DNA of 64,000 bases from an uncultured Candidatus Saccharibacteria bacterium (GTDB lineage Bacteria; Patescibacteriota; Saccharimonadia; Saccharimonadales; UBA4665). The position numbers were made by a program, and so were the translations under genes. The stretch lies in contig CAZKNP010000002.1 of the NCBI GenBank assembly GCA_964554245.1, forward strand, positions 9,894-73,893, in the 5' to 3' direction. Positions 61,767 through 64,000 of the stretch are shown here, in pieces (position 1 is the stretch's first letter; each line of letters starts with the position of its first letter). The notes beneath the pieces are model-generated. The model saw only the letters and a program-made list of their open reading frames with translations. It searched no databases and was not told the origin of the DNA.

Positions 61767-62892
61767 GCGGATAAAGGAAAGAGTACCAGGTGCGACCATA
61801 ATCTACATTGGTCAGTCTGGTGATCGTTTTGGCGCGGTAGCAGGGGAGGATTCCAGGATAGATGAAGCGCACTCGGTTTCAGCCGGAAAGTTTCGACGCT
61901 ATCACGGTGAGGGCTTGCGCCAACTATTAGACCTTAAGACTATTTGGTTGAATATTCGAGACGGCTTTAGGGTGATTAAAGGATTATTCCAAGCTTATCG
62001 TTTGTTGGGTCAAATACAGCCCGATGTGGTTTTTTGTAAAGGTGGGTTTGTCGGCGTGCCGGTAGGCTTGGCGGCAGCACTGCGGCGAATTCCATATGTG
62101 ACTCATGACTCGGATGTTATACCAGGGCTAGCCAATCGAATTATTGCTCGTTGGGCAGCGGCTCATGCCGTCGCTTTTGACGCCAAGCTATATTCTTACA
62201 GGCAGTCAATCACCCATAATGTTGGCGTGCCGGTGGCGAATGTTTACCGACCAGTTACCTCAGACATGGTGAATCAATGTCGAAAAAAGCTGAAGCTTAG
62301 TGGCTATGATCAGGTTATTCTTGTGACTGGTGGTGGTCTAGGTGCCGCCAGAGTTAATCATGCTTTTGTTAGTATTGCTCGCAGGTTGCTAGATTCTTAT
62401 CCGCGGCTGGCAGTTATCCACACAACTGGAACTCACCACGAAGAGGTAGTCCGAGAGGCCTACGATGCGGTGCTTTTGCCTAGTGATCGCGACAGGGTGC
62501 AAGTGATTGGTTACACGACGAAGCTCTGGGTTTATAGTGCTGCGGCCGATGTTGTGGTGGCCCGCGGCGGTGCAACTAACCTGGCCGAACTAGCGGCGCA
62601 ACATAAGCCGAGCATAATTGTGCCTAATCCGTTTTTGACCGGTGGCCATCAGCTCAAAAATGCTGAAGCCTACGCCGATAAACATGCTGTTGTCTGTCTT
62701 GACGAGTCACTATTGATGAAGAATCATGAGCTTTTACTACAGTCCCTGAAAAAGGTTCTCGATGACGGTAAATATAGAGCAACCATAGGCGAAAATATGG
62801 GAGGTTTTGCACGCCCAGAGTCTGCATCAGACTTAGCTGACTTGATAATTGATATCGCAACGCCTCCGGCTCAGGGGGATGAAGGTGTCTAG
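61702..62892 (+). CDS. murG: UDP-N-acetylglucosamine--lipid I GlcNAc transferase MurG
   Basis: MTGGGSGGHITP G-loop, C-terminal RGGATNLAELA...GHQLKNA. Overlaps the ftsW end. Confidence 0.93.
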   Translation: MKIVMTGGGSGGHITPILAVAERIKERVPGATIIYIGQSGDRFGAVAGEDSRIDEAHSVSAGKFRRYHGEGLRQLLDLKTIWLNIRDGFRVIKGLFQAYRLLGQIQPDVVFCKGGFVGVPVGLAAALRRIPYVTHDSDVIPGLANRIIARWAAAHAVAFDAKLYSYRQSITHNVGVPVANVYRPVTSDMVNQCRKKLKLSGYDQVILVTGGGLGAARVNHAFVSIARRLLDSYPRLAVIHTTGTHHEEVVREAYDAVLLPSDRDRVQVIGYTTKLWVYSAAADVVVARGGATNLAELAAQHKPSIIVPNPFLTGGHQLKNAEAYADKHAVVCLDESLLMKNHELLLQSLKKVLDDGKYRATIGENMGGFARPESASDLADLIIDIATPPAQGDEGV

Positions 62893-63829
62893 GCTTAGCC
62901 GCAAGAAACCAGATAACAACAGCGAGCCGAGACGGCGCTCACCAATCCTAGATGGGCAGAATAAGCGGTCATACTCATATTACTCAAGTCGGCGGTCAGC
63001 TGGACCTGCCGGTTCGGCGGTTGGTCGAAGTAAGGGTTCTGCCTCAGAGACGCGTAGCAGAAGCTCGGTTTCTAGTCAGCCTAAGAGAGCCCTTCATTTT
63101 AATAGATCCCTTTCTTTCTGGGCAATAGTGGCTTTGGTGGCTGTTATTTTCTTTCAGTTGGTCTATGTTGGTTCGAATGGTCGAGTTCTTGATGCTGGCG
63201 GTGGAGTGTCTCAGGAGAGTCTGGATGATTATTCTCAGACCTTTAAAGCTCTTCTGTCAAAGGGTGTACTGAATCGTACAAAACTGACTCTAGATGTTAA
63301 GGGTATCGAAAAAGAACTGCAAAAGGCACATCCAGACATCGAGAGCGTGACTGTTTCTACCCCTATTCTCGGTAGCCGTCCAGAGGCAAGAGTGACGGTT
63401 TCTCCGCCGGCATTCGTTTTGTACCAACAGGGGCAAGGCTTTATTCTTAGCGAATCAGGCTACGTATCTTTGCTTCCGGAAGATTTTGGTGATATTGACC
63501 TGTTGAGTGTTCAGGATGAAACCGGCGAGCCTGTAGAGGTGTCAAAACGGCTTATTCCGGCTTCGCACGTTGATTTCATGCAAAGTGTCAGCTATCAACT
63601 AAAGAGCCAGCAGATGGCCATAGAAACGTTTATATTGCCAGCTGGCCAGGCTTTTGAGTTGCGCGTGCGTATAGTTGGCAAACCATATTATGCCAAATTC
63701 AATTTAGCTGAAGACTCTGTCTTACAGAGCGGAGCATTGGCCGCTACCGTTAAACAGCTGGACGAACAGGGTAAGAGCCCGAGCGAATATGTAGACGTGC
63801 GGGTCCCTGGTAAGGTCTATTACAAGTAG
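62879..63829 (+). CDS. ftsQ: FtsQ/DivIB-like cell-division protein
   Basis: Basic, Ser/Arg-rich cytoplasmic tail, one TM (FWAIVALVAVIFFQLVYV), POTRA-like extracytoplasmic domain. Follows murG. The track start is 62849; ATG 62879 is preferred. Confidence 0.68.
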   Translation: MKVSRLSRKKPDNNSEPRRRSPILDGQNKRSYSYYSSRRSAGPAGSAVGRSKGSASETRSRSSVSSQPKRALHFNRSLSFWAIVALVAVIFFQLVYVGSNGRVLDAGGGVSQESLDDYSQTFKALLSKGVLNRTKLTLDVKGIEKELQKAHPDIESVTVSTPILGSRPEARVTVSPPAFVLYQQGQGFILSESGYVSLLPEDFGDIDLLSVQDETGEPVEVSKRLIPASHVDFMQSVSYQLKSQQMAIETFILPAGQAFELRVRIVGKPYYAKFNLAEDSVLQSGALAATVKQLDEQGKSPSEYVDVRVPGKVYYK

Positions 63830-64000
63830 GCCGTCGTCGGTCGGGCGTAGGGCGTCGAGGGAGAAGTTTATCGTTTTTCGTTAGAGAAGCAGGAAATGCA
63901 GCTGAATTGTGACAGAATAGTGATTGCTCCAATCTGACAGGTGATAGGTTAATCTCAGATCATCTGATAAGTGCAGGGAAGGGGCTTCTTTCTAGATGGG

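Noticed and set aside
521-63932. Numerous 60-150-aa ORFs in the track that are antisense or out of frame inside long conserved genes. Examples are 521-733(-), 5865-6221(-), 8250-8597(-), 15860-16246(-), 19263-19679(-), 21081-21515(-), 26131-26586(-), 29716-30129(-), 30382-30840(-), 42766-43227(-), 45254-45613(-), 50527-50967(-), 59940-60293(-), 4598-4828(+) and 12238-12441(+).
   Set aside because: They lie wholly within, or largely overlap, genes with strong family signatures. Their products are low-complexity or Arg/Ser/Cys-rich in the way typical of shadow frames. They have no SD or promoter context.
1-64000. CRISPR arrays, tRNA or rRNA genes, prophage, integrase or transposase genes, and long dispersed repeats.
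   Set aside because: By eye I found none of the following: a regularly spaced direct-repeat array, tRNA T-loop/acceptor signatures in any spacer above 70 nt, rRNA-like sequence, or a recombinase-like ORF. A tRNAscan-SE, Infernal or minced run would be needed for certainty.

Overview
The window is a 64-kb chromosomal segment that is densely coded, almost entirely on the + strand. It has no rRNA, tRNA, CRISPR array, transposase or integrase that I can see. Gene content and order look like a small-genome, monoderm-type bacterium. The streamlined conserved clusters, the insertion-less ProRS and the archaeal-type CarS gene are reminiscent of Patescibacteria/CPR such as Saccharibacteria, but that placement is inference only.

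Housekeeping blocks, in order:
- rpsB-tsf-frr-uppS-rseP-CPBP protease-proS-greA
- a small metallopeptidase, a HAD hydrolase and a Cas4-like PD-(D/E)XK nuclease
- a MacB-type ABC pair, serS, and an ABC-2 pair whose ATPase carries an in-frame TGA
- hpf-secA-M16 peptidase-prfB
- ftsE-ftsX-(coiled-coil CHAP hydrolase)-ctpA, then pyrG and a CheY-like receiver
- rpmA and an RNA methyltransferase, the only clear - strand genes apart from pheA
- xseA-xseB, a degenerate kinase/pseudo-receiver pair, recO, glyQS, pheA and an RND pump
- a compact dcw cluster: mraZ-rsmH-ftsL-ftsI-mraY-ftsW-murG-ftsQ

Accessory or orphan regions:
- a 1121-aa orphan protein (408-3773)
- two orphan gene pairs behind near-identical consensus promoters (31085-32542 and 54093-55004)
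- a block with Excalibur, DUF937 and DUF4868/KwaB-like proteins, two overlapping mini membrane ORFs, a Pif1-HRDC helicase and a NYN nuclease (45456-50447)
- a lipid block: IMPase-family gene, LysR regulator, variant CDP-alcohol phosphatidyltransferase and CarS-family cytidylyltransferase (50469-53840)

Most notable non-coding signals:
- a ~270-nt element in the unusually long mraZ-rsmH spacer, closed by an uninterrupted 26-bp helix that only works on the + strand
- GTGGG direct repeats with about 10-bp phasing over the predicted mraZ promoter
- a 19-codon ORF plus a 13-bp perfect terminator inside the dcw cluster
- a recurrent (TGn)TAnnnT -10 box 6-9 nt upstream of ATG with no Shine-Dalgarno sequence, which implies many leaderless mRNAs

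All functional calls come from motif and family recognition by eye. No searches were run.
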